NCBI GenBank assembly: GCA_963766735.1
Contig: CAVYBU010000006.1
Coordinates: forward strand, 32,001 to 96,000
Length of the DNA: 64,000 nt
From: an uncultured Chloroflexia bacterium
Lineage (GTDB): Bacteria; Chloroflexota; Limnocylindria; Limnocylindrales; CSP1-4
Direction of reading: 5' to 3'
Below are positions 61,723 to 64,000 of this stretch, in pieces. The notes under the pieces are model-generated. The model worked only from the letters and a program-made list of their open reading frames with translations. It ran no database searches and was not told the origin of the DNA. A program made the position numbers and the translations under genes. Positions within the stretch are counted from its first letter, which is position 1, and every line of letters starts with the position of its first letter.

Positions 61723-63885
61723 GTGACGGCACCGGCGGTACGGACCCCCGCGGTCATCCCCGACTGGCTGGTCAACCTCGCGGCCCTCGGCTGGCGGATG
61801 ATCGTCATCGCGGCGCTCATCGTCGTGCTGTGGCAGCTCAGCGGGCTCCTGTGGACGGTCTCCGCCTCCATCGCGATCGCCATCGTCATCGCGGCCGCTT
61901 TCGCGCCGTTCGTCCTGCGGCTGCGCGCCCGCGGTCGATCGCAGGCTGCGGCGGCGGGGATCGTGTGGGTGGTCGCGATCGCCGTCCTCACCGGCGCTGC
62001 GTTGCTGCTCTCGTTCGCCTTGCTGCCGTCCATCGGCGAGCTGGTGACCAGGATCTCGGCCGCCATCGCGGAGGTCCAGGCACGGGTCGTCGAGAACGGC
62101 GTCCCACCGGACGTCGCGGCGTCTGCTCGAGCGGCCATCGATGCCGCCCGCGAGGCGATCGGCGCGGCCGTGGGCGACATCGTCGCGGCGGCCGGAGGCG
62201 TCATCACCGTCCTGGTCCTCGCCTCCTTCCTCGTGTTCTTCTTCCTGAAGGACGGCGACAGGGCCTGGATCTGGGTCTTCCAGGCCGTCAGCGACCAGAA
62301 GCGGGAGCGAATCACCGAGGCCGGTGAGGACGCGCTGGCACGCGTCGGCGGCTACCTCCGCGGAACGACGATCCTGTCCGCGATCATCGCGCTCACGGAC
62401 CTCGTGTTCATGTGGGTTCTGGGCGTGCCGCTCGCGGTGCCGCTGGCCGTCCTCGTCTTCTTCAGCGGCTACATCCCGTACTTCGGCGGCATCGTCACGA
62501 CGATGCTCATCCTGCTGGTCGCGTACGCGACCCTCGGCCTGGGACCGGTCGTGGTCTTCATCCTGCTGATCGCCATCCGCAACGCGATCCTCGGCTACGG
62601 CATCCGCCCGGCCGTGTATGGCCGAACCGTGAGCATCCATCCCGCACTCGTCCTCATGGCGCTGCCCGCGGGGTTCGCGCTGGCCGGGGTCGTGGGCCTG
62701 TTCGCGGCAGTGCCCGTGACGGCCGTCCTGCTCGCAGTGGCGGCGGCGACCGTGGCGATCGTTGACCCCGGTCCGCGCCCCGAGCTCCCTTCCCTGGTGC
62801 CGGCCTGGCTCGACCGGGTCGCACAGTGGAGCTGGCGCCTGCTGGTGGGCCTGGGCCTGATCACGCTGATCGTGCTGGTGATCGTTGCGGTGCCGATGGT
62901 CGTGGTCCCCATCGTCATGGCCACGATCCTCGCGGCCACGCTGCACCCCCTGGTTCGCGTCCTCGTCCGGCGCGGCCGGGGACGCGGGCAGGCCGCCGCG
63001 ATATCAGTGGGCGGGGGGATCCTCGCGGTCACCGCGGTCATGGGGATCGCCCTGATGTCGCTGGTGGGCCAGGCCGGGGCCATCGGGCGGGAGGCCTCTG
63101 GCGGCGCCGGGTCCGTGAGCGATGCGGCGGGCGGCACCCTCGAGATCCTCACAGCCGCGGTGGCCACCGGGGGGACCGACCTGGTGACGACCGCGGCCTC
63201 CATCGTGTCCGACGTGGGCGCGCTTGTCGTGGTCATCGTCCTGAGCGCCCTGCTGTCGTTCTACTTCCTCAAGGACGGCGGACACCTGTGGAGCCGGACC
63301 CTTGCGCGTGTCCGACCCGAGGCGGCAGGCGCGATCGACGAGGCCGGCAGCCGTGCGTTCGAGGTGCTGAGCGGGTACATGATCGGGACCGGCGCCATCT
63401 CGCTGGTGGGCGCGGCCAGCCAGCTGGTCATCATGCTGGTCCTGGGCATCCCGCTCGCGGTGCCGATCTTCGTCCTCTCGTTCTTCCTGTGCTTCATCCC
63501 CTACATCGGCGGCTTCATCTCGACCGGCATCGCGCTGCTGGTGACCATCGCCGTCGGCGTCCCATCGGACATCGTGATCATGGTCATCTGGACCCTCGTG
63601 TTCAACATCGTCACCGGCAACGTCGTCTCGCCGCTCGTCTACGGCAAGACGGTCCACCTGCACCCCGCGGTCGTGCTGGTCGCGATCCCGGCCGGAGGAG
63701 CCGTCGCCGGGATTGCCGGCATGTTCCTGGTCGTGCCCCTGATCGGCGTTGTCGCCGTGACCTGGCGCACAGTCCTCGCTGTCATCGGGATGCCGAGGAT
63801 CCCGCGCGGGGCGGCGGTGCCGGCGTACGCCGCGGCCGCCCCTGACCTCGTTGGTCCCGAGGCGGAGCCGGCCGAGGGCGGCTGA
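61723..63885 (+). CDS. Tandem (double-length) AI-2E family transporter
   Basis: Two halves, each with P.WL..A..WR, FFFLKDG/FYFLKDG, YIPYFGG/FIPYIGG and P.VYG(R/K)TV.(I/L)HPA. Confidence 0.88.
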   Translation: MTAPAVRTPAVIPDWLVNLAALGWRMIVIAALIVVLWQLSGLLWTVSASIAIAIVIAAAFAPFVLRLRARGRSQAAAAGIVWVVAIAVLTGAALLLSFALLPSIGELVTRISAAIAEVQARVVENGVPPDVAASARAAIDAAREAIGAAVGDIVAAAGGVITVLVLASFLVFFFLKDGDRAWIWVFQAVSDQKRERITEAGEDALARVGGYLRGTTILSAIIALTDLVFMWVLGVPLAVPLAVLVFFSGYIPYFGGIVTTMLILLVAYATLGLGPVVVFILLIAIRNAILGYGIRPAVYGRTVSIHPALVLMALPAGFALAGVVGLFAAVPVTAVLLAVAAATVAIVDPGPRPELPSLVPAWLDRVAQWSWRLLVGLGLITLIVLVIVAVPMVVVPIVMATILAATLHPLVRVLVRRGRGRGQAAAISVGGGILAVTAVMGIALMSLVGQAGAIGREASGGAGSVSDAAGGTLEILTAAVATGGTDLVTTAASIVSDVGALVVVIVLSALLSFYFLKDGGHLWSRTLARVRPEAAGAIDEAGSRAFEVLSGYMIGTGAISLVGAASQLVIMLVLGIPLAVPIFVLSFFLCFIPYIGGFISTGIALLVTIAVGVPSDIVIMVIWTLVFNIVTGNVVSPLVYGKTVHLHPAVVLVAIPAGGAVAGIAGMFLVVPLIGVVAVTWRTVLAVIGMPRIPRGAAVPAYAAAAPDLVGPEAEPAEGG

Positions 63886-64000
63886 GCAGAGACCGAACCC
63901 GGGACGGCGCCTGGCCGTGGACAGAGGAACATCCCTGTCTGCGCCCGGCGCTCAGCCCGCACGTCGGCCGGGATCACGCTCGCTCACATCGGCTGAGTTG

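Overview
A high-GC bacterial chromosomal window. Gene content and protein style suggest Chloroflexota (Limnocylindria/Ellin6529-like) or an actinobacterium; this is inference only. From left to right it contains: two tandem TadE/TadG minor-pilin cassettes; a lipoprotein; a wHTH-MNT/HEPN toxin-antitoxin pair; an FAD oxidoreductase; two tandem K+ channels; a repeat-rich secreted S8 protease; tRNA-Thr(CGT); ccr; a rhodanese; a PHP hydrolase; GNAT-serA-serC; nadB/nadC/nadA; dapB; two vapBC pairs; an MFS transporter; a MarR/unknown membrane-protein block; two ABC export systems; and a third vapBC. About a dozen apparent single-base indels, mostly at 5-11 kb, look like long-read errors. The best candidate for an undescribed system is the ~22 kb island at 41.6-63.9 kb. 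It holds a MalT-like LuxR regulator, four DUF6325/DUF1269-type domains (one fused to a Cys-type arylsulfatase), a 17-aa-repeat microprotein, a DszB-like desulfinase, a rhodanese, two SulP transporters, TMEM175, a double AI-2E transporter and a duplicated glsB/yeaQ cassette. The island also shares an upstream ATCATCC/TTCACCC motif and a 33-nt hairpin that shows a compensatory base change. No CRISPR, rRNA, integrase or transposase was seen.
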